Source of the DNA: Nostoc sp. DedSLP01
GTDB lineage: Bacteria > Cyanobacteriota > Cyanobacteriia > Cyanobacteriales > Nostocaceae
NCBI GenBank assembly: GCA_034530875.2
Contig: JAVRCJ020000040.1
Span: 1-58,834, forward strand
Direction: 5' to 3'
DNA: 58,834 bases
Part shown: in pieces, positions 19,527 to 29,593 of the stretch
Position numbering within the stretch: the first letter of the stretch is position 1
Layout: each line of letters opens with the position of its first letter
The notes under the pieces: generated by a model
The model's database searches: none
What the model was told of the DNA's origin: nothing
The model's input: the letters and a program-made list of their open reading frames with translations, nothing else
Position numbers and translations under genes: made by a program

Positions 19527-22500
19527 TCATCTTTCTGAGTGCTGACAACCAGCACTGTGGCGAACATTAGCTATGAGAGTCACGTTACCATTAGCATCGA
19601 TCGCCCAATCCTGAGCTTCTACAATCGTAGAATTTGGTGTTGGGGAAACTGCTACTTTTGGATTAAGAGTAACTAAATCTACCTGCACTGCATCAGTGTT
19701 GAGAGCTTCGCCTGGGTTAGGAGGCAAGCCGCCACGACCAACAATATTAAATTCGCTCTTAGCTACGGTTCCACCCGCAGTACAGCCCTGTGTTATTTCA
19801 GTATCAACAGGTACATTCGGTAAGTTAACTAATCCTTGGTTAGGATCGATTCCAGGAGAGTTAATAGTTATTACACCGTTAAACGAAGGGTTTTGTTGAG
19901 AAATTGCTGTGATATCACTTGTTGGTAATAGAAACGGATTTAGTCGATCTGGCTTGTTTGTACCTAACAACTTCACTAGATCTTCTCGACTACGCACGAC
20001 CATACCAAAGATACTAGTAGCGTTGATAGTGACATTTCCACCTTTGCCCTCAAATGCATTGGCAGTAATGTCACTATTTTCCAAAGGAACAGCGGCAATA
20101 AATTTAGCATCAATGTCAATATTGCCGCCATTGCCACCAGCTTGCGTAGTTCCAGCAGTAGTTGAGATTTGACTGTTGCGGCGCATCAACAATAAGTCCA
20201 AATCCTGTAACGTAATATTTCCCCCATTGCCTGAACTGGTTGTAGCTATAATTACTCCTCGATCGTCCAGTTGGATGGAGCGTGCCCTAACTTCTAAGTT
20301 ACCTGCTTTCCCCGCTTCTAAGCTACTTACAGATACTTGAGCTCGATCTCCCACACTTAACTTTCCTGTATTAATTCTCAAATCCCCGGCAGTTCCAGTA
20401 CCTTCTGTTTGAGTAGATATGGAACTAGAAAACCTGCCATCTGCTGAGATGCCACTCACTACTACAGACTCGGAGGCGCTGATATTTATTTTCCCGCCTG
20501 CTCCGTCACTAAAAGTACCAGCTGATATCTCTGCACCATCCCGAACACTCAACTGCTGTGTATCAATTGTCAAATCTCCTGCGGCTCCAGTGCCTTGTGC
20601 CCCAGTAGTCAAGCTGCTAAAAAACTGATTATTTACTGAGTTACCACTGAGCGTCACAGACTTTGAAGCAGTTACATTCAAGTTTCCCCCTCGCCCGGCG
20701 CTAAAAGTAGCAGTAGATGCCTGTGCCCCATTTTGGACAATCAGCTGCCCTGTATTAATTGTCAAATCTCCGGCGACTCCGGTTCCAGTCGTCTGCGTCA
20801 ACAGACCGCTAAAAAACCGATCTGAAGTTCCACTGAGTACTGTGGACTGAGAAGCATTAACATTCAAGTTTCCTCCTTGTCCATCACCATAAGTACTAGC
20901 AGTTACTTGTGCCCCATCTCGAACAATCAACTGCCCTGTGTTAATTGTTAAATCTCCGGCAGATCCAATGCCTTGTGTCCCAGTAATCAAGCCACTGGCA
21001 ACCTTTCCATTTGTTGAGGTTCCAGTTATTGTCACAGACTGGGAGGCATTCAGACTTAAGTTTCCTCCTCGCCCGGCGCTATCAGTAGCAGTAGATGCTT
21101 GTCCCCCATCTTGGATAAACAACTGCCCTGTATTAATCGTCAAATTCCCAGCATTTCCAGTACCTTCTGTCCCGGTGGTCAAACCACTGGCAATCTCCCC
21201 ATTTTTTGAGGTTCCTATTAGTGCTACAAACTGCGATGCGCTGACACTCAAGTTTCCTGCTAGTCCGGCGCTAAAAGTAGCAGTAGATGCTTGGGCACCA
21301 TCCCGAATTGTTAACTGCCCTGTATTAATCGTTAAATTCCCGGCGGTTCCTGTACCCTGTGTAGTAGTAAACAAGCCGCTGGTAATCTCTCCATTGTTTG
21401 AAGAACCAATTATCTCCACCGCATCGCGAGCTGCAACTGACAACTGACCGGCTGCTCCTTCACCATAAGTGCTAGAGCGTATCTGTCCGCCATCTTGCAG
21501 AAATAATTTCCCGGTTTCCAAAGTTAAATTTCCGCCTGCACCTGTGGCTCCTGGGTTAGCTTGACTAAATAAGCCGCTAGGAAATCGGCCATCTGCGGTG
21601 GTGCCAATGACTTTCACCACATCACCAACCTTGACAGCCAAGTTGCCCGCGTTCCCTTGACCAAATGTACTAGTTTGTATTTGTCCGCCATCTTGAATCG
21701 TTAACTGCCCGGTTTCCAAGGTTAAATTTCCGCCTGCACCTGTTGCACCTGCGTTGACTAAATTTCTGATGGCGCTGCCAAACAAACCGTTTTTTGAACT
21801 ACCAATTACTTCTGTGCGGCGAGCTACAACTGCCAAATTACCTACTGGACCTTCACCAAAAGTACTAGCTTCTATCTGTCCACCATCTCGCAGAATTAAC
21901 CGCCCGGTTTCTAAAGTTAAATTTCCCCCTGCACCTGTAGCTCCTGGGTTGGCAGAATTTTTGATTTCACTAGAAAAATTACCATTTGCTGTAGTGCCAA
22001 TCACTTCGACCAGATCGCCAGCTTTCACTAACAAATCACCTGCGGCTGCACTACCAGAGGTAGTAGCTTGGATCTTCGCTCCATCTCGAACCATTAACCG
22101 CCCGGTTTCCACAGTTACATTTCCGCCAGCACCTGTGGCTCCTGATTCAACGGCAGAGCTTAATTCACTAGGAAATACAAAATTGGCTGAGGAGCCAATT
22201 ACTTCTACCACATCGCGAGCTTTGATAGTCAAGTTACCCGCTTTGCCTTCACCAAAGGTACTAGTTCGGATCTGTCCTCCTTCTCGGAGACTTAATTTCC
22301 CAGTTTCTAGAGTTAAATTTCCGCCAGCATCAGCTGTTCCTGAAAAGATTTGAGTGGTTAATTGACTGGGAAAATACCCATTTACTGTAGTACCAGATAC
22401 CTCAACTGCATCGCGAGCTTTAACTGTTAAGTTACCTGTTGCTCCTTGACCAAATGAACTTGTTTGTATCTGTGCGCCATCTCGAAGGCTTAACCGTTTA

Positions 22501-24119
22501 GTCTCTAAAGTGACATTTCCTCCAGCACCTTTGGTTTCTGAGTAGACGAAAGTCCCTAAGGTACTCCCCAATAAACCATCAGCTGAACTGCCAAAAATGG
22601 CGATCGCTTCGTCAGCTTTGACTGTTAAGTTGCCTGTTGCTCCTGCACCATAGGTCTTAGCTTCTATCTGTCCACCATTTCCAACAATTAACTGTCTAGC
22701 TTGTATAGTTAAATCTCCCCCAGCACCCGTAGCGGCTGACTCGACTTTACTAAATAAACTGCTCTGAAACAGACCATTTTTGGAAGAGCCGATCGCTTCC
22801 ACTGCATCGCCTGCTTCGATCGCCAACTGACCTGCTGTTCCTGTACTGGAGGTAATGGTTCCTATCCTTGCGCCATCTCTAACGCTTAACCGCCCGGTTT
22901 CTATAGTTAAATCTCCCCCAGCACCTGTGGCTCCCAATCCAACGGCAGATCTTAATTCACTGGGAAACGAGCCATCAACTGAAGTGCCAATCACTTCCAC
23001 AGTGCCGCGAGTTTTAATCGTTAAGTTACCTCCCGGCCCTTTACCATTTGTATCAGTTCCGATCCATGCTCCATCTCGAAGTACTAAACGTCCGGTTTCC
23101 AGGGTGAGATTGCCACCAGCACCAATATCTTCTTTTGAGAGGACAGTAGTGGTTAAGCCACTGAAAGCCAAGCCGTCTTTTGAGGAACCAATGACTTCTA
23201 CTGATTCCGAGGCGTTCGCATCCAAATTTCCTCCCGATTCTGCTCCCTCGGTCAAGGTTGCGATCCGCGAACCATCCTCTAGCTTGATATTCCTACCCCA
23301 GATTTGAATATCTCTGTTGTCTTTGCTACCAGATGTCACTACATTAGATTCATTTATCAGCGATACATCAGCTCGTGCTACATCATTGGGAAAATTCAAA
23401 CGTAGATTGTTGCCATCCACATTCAGCCCTACTGTTCCCGCTTCACTGATTCCTGCCAGATTCACTTGGCCATCTGTAGTGGATAATACTGCATTATCCA
23501 AAGTCACATTTCCACCCACCAGTGCTAAGGTTTTTTCTGGCAGCAAAAAAGCCTGGTTGACAAGTATGCTTTTTGCTGAATCTCCATATTGCAGACCAAT
23601 TGGCACATTGATAGATAGCAGTGGCTGGTTTTGAGGCGCATTTACACTAAACTCTTTGCCATCAGGAAACTTGAGGCTATTGGCCGTACTCGCTAGAAAC
23701 GAGCCACCGATATTCAATAATGCATTAGGCCCAAAGATAATTCCATTAGGATTGAGCAAAAATAGGTTGGCATTACCGTTAACGCTGATGAAACCATCAA
23801 TATTTGAGACTGATTTACCTGTTACGCGACTGATAATGTTTTGGACATCAACAGCATTATTGAAGTAAGCTGTACCCCCAGTGGAAACAGAAAACCGATC
23901 GAAACTGTGGAATAAGTTTTTCCCTGCTTGGGTTCCTCCTTCAATAATACTGATGTCGTTAATTTTTGTGACACTAGAATTATTGGGGAGAGTGCTATCG
24001 GGGTTAATTTGAGCAAAAGCACAATTATTAGTGGAGGCGATCGCTACACTCATCGCTAAAAAGCTAAATATCTCTAATTTCCAGTCCCAACGTTGCCAAT
24101 ATTTAGTTGTTCTGGACAT
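19527..24119 (-). CDS. Filamentous haemagglutinin N-terminal domain protein (long beta-helix)
   Basis: AFA-QINPD signal, NLFHSFDRFS, LFLLNPNGIIFG, many GAGGNLTLETG.L...DG repeats, C-terminal GRGGLPPNP. Confidence 0.92.
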   Translation of the reverse strand: MSRTTKYWQRWDWKLEIFSFLAMSVAIASTNNCAFAQINPDSTLPNNSSVTKINDISIIEGGTQAGKNLFHSFDRFSVSTGGTAYFNNAVDVQNIISRVTGKSVSNIDGFISVNGNANLFLLNPNGIIFGPNALLNIGGSFLASTANSLKFPDGKEFSVNAPQNQPLLSINVPIGLQYGDSAKSILVNQAFLLPEKTLALVGGNVTLDNAVLSTTDGQVNLAGISEAGTVGLNVDGNNLRLNFPNDVARADVSLINESNVVTSGSKDNRDIQIWGRNIKLEDGSRIATLTEGAESGGNLDANASESVEVIGSSKDGLAFSGLTTTVLSKEDIGAGGNLTLETGRLVLRDGAWIGTDTNGKGPGGNLTIKTRGTVEVIGTSVDGSFPSELRSAVGLGATGAGGDLTIETGRLSVRDGARIGTITSSTGTAGQLAIEAGDAVEAIGSSKNGLFQSSLFSKVESAATGAGGDLTIQARQLIVGNGGQIEAKTYGAGATGNLTVKADEAIAIFGSSADGLLGSTLGTFVYSETKGAGGNVTLETKRLSLRDGAQIQTSSFGQGATGNLTVKARDAVEVSGTTVNGYFPSQLTTQIFSGTADAGGNLTLETGKLSLREGGQIRTSTFGEGKAGNLTIKARDVVEVIGSSANFVFPSELSSAVESGATGAGGNVTVETGRLMVRDGAKIQATTSGSAAAGDLLVKAGDLVEVIGTTANGNFSSEIKNSANPGATGAGGNLTLETGRLILRDGGQIEASTFGEGPVGNLAVVARRTEVIGSSKNGLFGSAIRNLVNAGATGAGGNLTLETGQLTIQDGGQIQTSTFGQGNAGNLAVKVGDVVKVIGTTADGRFPSGLFSQANPGATGAGGNLTLETGKLFLQDGGQIRSSTYGEGAAGQLSVAARDAVEIIGSSNNGEITSGLFTTTQGTGTAGNLTINTGQLTIRDGAQASTATFSAGLAGNLSVSASQFVALIGTSKNGEIASGLTTGTEGTGNAGNLTINTGQLFIQDGGQASTATDSAGRGGNLSLNASQSVTITGTSTNGKVASGLITGTQGIGSAGDLTINTGQLIVRDGAQVTASTYGDGQGGNLNVNASQSTVLSGTSDRFFSGLLTQTTGTGVAGDLTINTGQLIVQNGAQASTATFSAGRGGNLNVTASKSVTLSGNSVNNQFFSSLTTGAQGTGAAGDLTIDTQQLSVRDGAEISAGTFSDGAGGKINISASESVVVSGISADGRFSSSISTQTEGTGTAGDLRINTGKLSVGDRAQVSVSSLEAGKAGNLEVRARSIQLDDRGVIIATTSSGNGGNITLQDLDLLLMRRNSQISTTAGTTQAGGNGGNIDIDAKFIAAVPLENSDITANAFEGKGGNVTINATSIFGMVVRSREDLVKLLGTNKPDRLNPFLLPTSDITAISQQNPSFNGVITINSPGIDPNQGLVNLPNVPVDTEITQGCTAGGTVAKSEFNIVGRGGLPPNPGEALNTDAVQVDLVTLNPKVAVSPTPNSTIVEAQDWAIDANGNVTLIANVRHSAGCQHSER

Positions 24120-24412
24120 TTTTCCCCCTTGATTACCAGTAGTTTGGCAGACTACAACCCGTTAAGTTCAGGATTAATCACTAGCCAACCTAACCGTTAG
24201 CTAGAATTTGTTACCAATATTTATGTATGGACATTACCCGGAGCGTATGCTGAAAGCATATTTATTTGCTCTATTTTGGTGGAGCGATCGCATTTACCCT
24301 ACAAACACTACAACTAATCGCTACGCTTTCCCAGTGTCTGTAGTAGTCTTATTTGAGCCGTCAGAAGAGTTTTTGAAAGCATCGTCAAGAACTCCTTAGC
24401 AAACAGAAGAAA

Positions 24413-27400
24413 TTAAGAATTAGCAAGTCGCAAGAATTCTTTACGCAAAGGTGTTGGTGGTGCGAGTGTTAGCACTGAAGGAATGCGCGATGGTTCTGCA
24501 AGGCGTAGTAGTTCGTAACCGATACCAGCAAGTCCGGTCATGAGTCCGGGCGTTTCCACTCCTAATGGCACTCCACACAACCAGCCATGTTGATTGATGC
24601 TTTCGAGGATGATAGCTGCAAGGGAGTTAACTTTTGAATGCAAGTTGGAGTCGTTAAGGGTAAGGCTTGCCAGCAACAACATCTCTAAATTACCCAAATC
24701 CCCATGACATAAACAGTGGTTAAGTCCAAAGCCTTGAGTCAGAGTAGTCTTGAGTACTGTATCAATTTCTAAACGAATTTCAGCATTATCGAGATAGGAT
24801 AGCGATCGCAATCTTCCTAATCCAACTCCTGGCGCACCATGACACCAAGCGGTTATAAAATTAACTGGCTCTTGGTTTCCTGAGAGAACTGTATTTTCCA
24901 ACTCGCGCAAATCTGGCCAATTACCTACTCTGTGACATAAGAGACTTTGTTCGTAAGTAATAGCTTTTAGGGCTACTTTGTAATAACGCTCATCACTCGT
25001 AATTGCTGAGAGTTCCAGTAACGCCGAAGCTATGCCAGCTACCCCGTGAGAAAATCCCGCTAGTGGTTTCTTCCCCATTCTTGGAGCAATCCAACCCATA
25101 CCATTTTCCATTGTTTGGACACGGGCGAGGAGGCGATCGCCACATTGAATTGCTGCTGCAAGTGTACTTTGAGAGGGAGCAATTTGATACAAGTTGAGCA
25201 AACTAGCAATACAACCAGCAGCACCGCCAATAATATCTAATTGTTCATCTTTAGCAATTAAATTTGGGAGCAAATCAACCAGGGATTCAGCTTGTACTAG
25301 CAGTTCTGTTTCATCCCATAAAACTCCTAAATGAGTCAGAGTATAAATGATACCTCCCCAGCCATTAAACCCGCCTATTGCAGTAGTGAATGCTTTGTCA
25401 GTCTCTAGTTGACGCTGCATTGTGCTCAATGCATTTTTTGCCAGAGTAGTGTAGCGATTTTCTTGTGTCACACTACCAAGGTAGGCAAGAAATAAAATCA
25501 CTCCCGATAGACCATCGTAGAGGTCGATTCTCAAAGATGCCAAAGTCCAGTATTTTTCATTGATTAGTGTTAAGCCAAGCCAAGAAACATTTTTATCGTC
25601 TCGCAATGCTAGTGATTCTAAGCGATCGCCTACTGCCAAGGCTGCTTTTATCAGTTGTTCGGGATTAGCATTGTTTCGCGGTTCGCTCAGATGGTAACTA
25701 GGCCAATTTACTTGTGCCTCTCCCATGACCAAAGTTGTCACAGATGCACGAATAAACCACAATTGTTGCTGCAAATCAGCTTCATTAAGTAGTTGAATAC
25801 GTCGATGCACTCCTTGCATACCTGTTTCATCAAAGAAGTCGGCAATTTTTCGATCGCAACTGCTCCAAATAGCACGGGAGTTAGGACGGGTAGTAAACAT
25901 AGGAATGTCACCTTGCCATAAATCGTAGCGTTCGGCCGCAATGATTTTCGCCAGATAAGGTTGTTGCTCGATTCCTACCCATAAACGGTCGAAGTGGCGA
26001 TCGCGTTCTAAAGCATTGCGTAAGAAATCAGGATGGAAGCTTTCTGAAAGCAATAAGCTATAAGTGCGGGTAGATCTAAAAATGACCCGTACTTCGTCCT
26101 CGGCAAAACAAGCTAAAGGCCCATTTTCTGACAACAACTCATCTCGATATTGCAACAGTAGTTGGTAAATAATAGTAAAGCCAGTAATAATTGCCTCGGT
26201 GTAATCCAGTACATTTACTTCAGCATCATTTAAAGTTGGTCGATTCTGACTGCCAAACATAGGCATACGCTCGCGCACAAACCGCATTTCATCAGTGCCA
26301 ATTGCTTCCAAGTGGGAAACGCGATAAGGCGTGAGTTGACCGGCTGTTCCACCTAAACCACTCAAGTCAACTCCTTCTGACTCAGCATTTGCCCAAAGAC
26401 GTTGAGGTAGTAACCCAACTCGTAAAACCGAATAAATAATTTGATTAACTGTAGGCAAGTCTGAGTGCGTAATTTCCATGCCTTCAGTCCGAAGATGAAA
26501 GAGCGACTCTAGGTCAACTAAAACCGGGTGTTCTCCAGCAGCAATTAAATTTTCTAAATGAAAATCTGTAGCTTCTAGAGCATATAGTAATGCTAAGTAT
26601 GCGCCCTGTCGTTCATAAAATCGTTCGATACCGTCAGGCTCCGTGCAGCCTTGAGCGATCGCGAATTCTACCCAGCCATGAGTTTTACGATTTAATATTT
26701 TCAGAATCCGAAATGCTGGATGATTACCACGTTGATTTAGCCAAGTTAGAAGTTGCTGAAAATGTACTTCAATATCAAGCGGTCTAGGCTTATATACTAT
26801 TTGTAAACCAGAGCTAAAATGAGCAATTAGCACCGACCTTCCACCCCGATGAGTATCACCAAGATTACCGTCTATTTTGACTAAGAACCCTGGAGCGTTA
26901 TCTGAACTAAAGATATTAACAATTTCTTTCCAATCTTCACAAAGATGTTGTAGAAATTCCAGGCTAAAATTAACCCATCGGTTAATAGTAATTACTAACT
27001 GACGAGCTAATACAGGATACTCTTGTAATAGAGAAAGCACAATTTCAGGTTGACGTAGATGTTGTAAAAAACTCTGAAATCTCTCTTGTTGGGTATCACC
27101 TGATAATACTCCTTGTAGCCGTGTGACATTAAGTTCTAAAACCATTGTGCGACCCAGCATAGACAAAAGTTGTTCTGGCAGAATGCTAAATAATAAATCT
27201 ACAATGTGATTAGGATTAAAAGGTATATGAAATTGTGTTTTGATGAGTTCTTGAATTTCATTATATAGGCGATCGCATCCTTGATTAATTAAAGGTAGAA
27301 TCGCATCTAAAAAACCAGTTAACTCTGAAGCTGCAAATTCCTCTAAAGATGGCATTGAACGAGAATTAGGATCGGCAAATGCTTGATTTATCTGCGTTAA

Positions 27401-27685
27401 CCAGTCTGGAAGCTCATTGCAACGGTTCTGCACAGTCTCAATAGATTCACCTAAAATTTGGCAAAATTCATCTTCTGTCACACCATCTTGTGCTAAACGC
27501 TGAGAAAAGTAAGAGTTATTACTGAAAGGAGATTGCGATTTCCAACGCTGTATCTGTCGTTTTTGCAGTTCGGGGTTGATATGACTGTTAGTGCGATCGC
27601 TTTGGTTGTTGTGAAGAGATGCAATCCTTTCAGTTAAGGTAGTAGCTTTATACCATGTAGCAGATTGAAAATAAGATTGACTCAT
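24413..27685 (-). CDS. lanM: Class II lanthipeptide synthetase LanM
   Basis: Dehydratase motifs GDTHRGG, YKPR, TDFHLENL and VDLESLF. LanC-like cyclase with GFSHG, AWCHGAPG, CLCHGDLG and GLMTGLAG. Confidence 0.97.
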   Translation of the reverse strand: MSQSYFQSATWYKATTLTERIASLHNNQSDRTNSHINPELQKRQIQRWKSQSPFSNNSYFSQRLAQDGVTEDEFCQILGESIETVQNRCNELPDWLTQINQAFADPNSRSMPSLEEFAASELTGFLDAILPLINQGCDRLYNEIQELIKTQFHIPFNPNHIVDLLFSILPEQLLSMLGRTMVLELNVTRLQGVLSGDTQQERFQSFLQHLRQPEIVLSLLQEYPVLARQLVITINRWVNFSLEFLQHLCEDWKEIVNIFSSDNAPGFLVKIDGNLGDTHRGGRSVLIAHFSSGLQIVYKPRPLDIEVHFQQLLTWLNQRGNHPAFRILKILNRKTHGWVEFAIAQGCTEPDGIERFYERQGAYLALLYALEATDFHLENLIAAGEHPVLVDLESLFHLRTEGMEITHSDLPTVNQIIYSVLRVGLLPQRLWANAESEGVDLSGLGGTAGQLTPYRVSHLEAIGTDEMRFVRERMPMFGSQNRPTLNDAEVNVLDYTEAIITGFTIIYQLLLQYRDELLSENGPLACFAEDEVRVIFRSTRTYSLLLSESFHPDFLRNALERDRHFDRLWVGIEQQPYLAKIIAAERYDLWQGDIPMFTTRPNSRAIWSSCDRKIADFFDETGMQGVHRRIQLLNEADLQQQLWFIRASVTTLVMGEAQVNWPSYHLSEPRNNANPEQLIKAALAVGDRLESLALRDDKNVSWLGLTLINEKYWTLASLRIDLYDGLSGVILFLAYLGSVTQENRYTTLAKNALSTMQRQLETDKAFTTAIGGFNGWGGIIYTLTHLGVLWDETELLVQAESLVDLLPNLIAKDEQLDIIGGAAGCIASLLNLYQIAPSQSTLAAAIQCGDRLLARVQTMENGMGWIAPRMGKKPLAGFSHGVAGIASALLELSAITSDERYYKVALKAITYEQSLLCHRVGNWPDLRELENTVLSGNQEPVNFITAWCHGAPGVGLGRLRSLSYLDNAEIRLEIDTVLKTTLTQGFGLNHCLCHGDLGNLEMLLLASLTLNDSNLHSKVNSLAAIILESINQHGWLCGVPLGVETPGLMTGLAGIGYELLRLAEPSRIPSVLTLAPPTPLRKEFLRLANS

Positions 27686-27731
27686 GTTCCTAATAGTTTC
27701 AATTGTTGAGGATAGTTAATTAAAAAGGATG

Positions 27732-27756
27732 AAGAGGGATTACTACGATCCCTCTT
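27732..27756 (-). terminator. Stem-loop between precursor and lanM
   Basis: AAGAGGGAT / ATCCCTCTT 9-bp stem with a 7-nt loop. Confidence 0.6.
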
Positions 27757-27820
27757 TTGTTGATGTTTTGATTCATTAGTAGTGTTAGTAACAAAAACCT
27801 GAACTAACATTACAAATTAA

Positions 27821-28075
27821 TTAAAAAGGACATCGGCAACGCCCAGTTACAGTACTTGGACAACCACACTCAGCAGTAACAGTACAAACACGACCACCTG
27901 AAATATGAAAACTAAATCCTCCTTCAATTCCGTTTATTTCTTCATCCGTCAAATCAACTAGTCCAGCAGGATTGTCTGGAATTTGAGCGCGTTGAGCTTC
28001 AGTTAGGCTGGAGCGATATTCTTCATCTTTCCAAGCGCGAACGACATCGATATCGTTGATATTGATATTACCCAT
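27821..28075 (-). CDS. lanA: Mersacidin/lichenicidin-family class II lanthipeptide precursor
   Basis: Leader DVVRAWKDEEYR..L...P.NPAG..LTDEEINGIEGG. Core FSFHISGGRVCTVTAECGCPSTVTGRCRCPF. AGGAG RBS upstream. Confidence 0.95.
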   Translation of the reverse strand: MGNININDIDVVRAWKDEEYRSSLTEAQRAQIPDNPAGLVDLTDEEINGIEGGFSFHISGGRVCTVTAECGCPSTVTGRCRCPF

Positions 28076-28725
28076 GATTGACTCCTTGATTATTCAATGA
28101 AAGTTGAGATTTTTTTCGAATAAATTATTAACAATCTCATCAATAGCAAGATGACAATATCAATTCTCATCTATGCAATTTGAATGAGTAGCGAGAATCT
28201 GTACAGAAATTAAACTTGTTTGTTTAAGTTCTTGATTTATATTTTCTAAATTTACTTTCCAGAAATCAAGTAGAAAATTTTAATAGCAAAAACAAAAATC
28301 CAAGAATAATGTTTTTGAATCTTATTTAATGAAGGCAGGGGGCAATTCTTGCTGGAGTCCGTTTTTGTAACGATGATTTATATCCCGTGACAAAAACTTT
28401 GGACGAACTTCGGTTTTAGACCCGATTGTTTTGATAATAACGAATATTAGCTATTTTATATAAATAACTGTCGAGCTATAAATATAGTATGCTTGTATTT
28501 TTTCTTTAAATATTATGCTAGCTTGAATTACATAGAAAACATTCAAAAACAAAATATTATGACTTATGTTTAAAAAATAGCATAGATTCAAGGCAGTCAG
28601 AGCAGGAAGACAATCTTAATTATTTATGCTTGCAAAAATATTTTAATTTATCAAACCAAATAAATAACTATATTTATAAATTATCTAGTAAGAGTTAAGT
28701 CTAATATACCCCCTAATAGATAGAA

Positions 28726-28758
28726 GGTGCGTTACGCTATCGCGTTAACACACCCTAC
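28726..28758. repeat. REP-like/short dispersed palindromic repeat
   Basis: GGTGCGTTA..TAACACACC-CTAC (GTAG foot on the minus strand). A related copy lies at 33011-33060. Confidence 0.6.
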
Positions 28759-28810
28759 GAATAATTTATGGCACAAAGATTAGCTGAGTTTAAAATAATG
28801 ATATAAAATC

Positions 28811-29581
28811 CTAATAATGCTGTTCAGTACCCGAAACAGTCCTAGTATTTGTTTGTAGCCAATCTTGAAAAAGTGAGTCTAAGACTTGCTTTCTGATTTC
28901 ACTGAATTCAGCCGGGAAACACTTTTCAACCCTAAGAATGTGATAACCCAATTTTGTATTGATTGGCCCAATTACTTCGCCTGCTTTTGCTTGAGAAATA
29001 GCTTGTGTAATTTCTGGCATCAATTCTGATAGAAAACGCACACCAACAAAGCCACCATTTTGTTTAGATTGTTTACCTTTGGAGTATTCTATTGCTAAAA
29101 CACAGAATGACTCATTTGACTCTTGAATTGCATACATTACTTTTTGAGCTTCTGTGAGGTTGCTGACTAAAATTTGAGATAAGGCTACACGTTGATAATC
29201 TTTACGATTGCTTAGATAATGAGCATCAACAGCATCTCCAAACAGATATTCTTTTAACTTGTTTGTCAGTAGTTCTAATCTAATACCCTGAGACCAATCT
29301 TCTACGCTAATTTGCTGTTGTTGTAGCCATGCTAAGGTTTCAGAAACTCCTAGTAACTTATGTTCGAGCCGAAATTTATCTCCGGCTATTTGCAATTCTT
29401 CATCAGTCACAGTCAAATCAAACTCTTGACAGATATTTAAAATGAACCGATCGCGTGCGGCTAAAACTGCATATTCAGCTATTTTATGAGAATAGCGCAG
29501 GTAGGCAATTACATCTGCATCTGTTGCTTGGGGAATTTCTGGAACAGATGATAATTCTGTGTTTGTCAAAGTTTCTGTCAT
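28811..29581 (-). CDS. PpiC/SurA-type peptidyl-prolyl isomerase-like protein
   Basis: VTDEELQ, F..LA.EYS, GGFVG, GEVIGPI.T.LGYHILRV rotamase motifs. Confidence 0.85.
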   Translation of the reverse strand: MTETLTNTELSSVPEIPQATDADVIAYLRYSHKIAEYAVLAARDRFILNICQEFDLTVTDEELQIAGDKFRLEHKLLGVSETLAWLQQQQISVEDWSQGIRLELLTNKLKEYLFGDAVDAHYLSNRKDYQRVALSQILVSNLTEAQKVMYAIQESNESFCVLAIEYSKGKQSKQNGGFVGVRFLSELMPEITQAISQAKAGEVIGPINTKLGYHILRVEKCFPAEFSEIRKQVLDSLFQDWLQTNTRTVSGTEQHY

Positions 29582-29593
29582 GGTTTTGTTCTC

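Noticed and set aside
19696..23868. Many plus-strand ORFs (up to 199 aa) opposite the FHA gene, and similar ones opposite the other FHA and RTX genes
   Set aside because: Antisense shadows of repetitive Gly/Thr-rich coding sequence, with no independent motifs.
28330..28435. GC-richer patch (GAAGGCAGGGGGCA...TTTAGACCCG) upstream of lanA, possibly a decayed dispersed repeat or ncRNA
   Set aside because: No clear termini, structure or second copy in the window to support a call.
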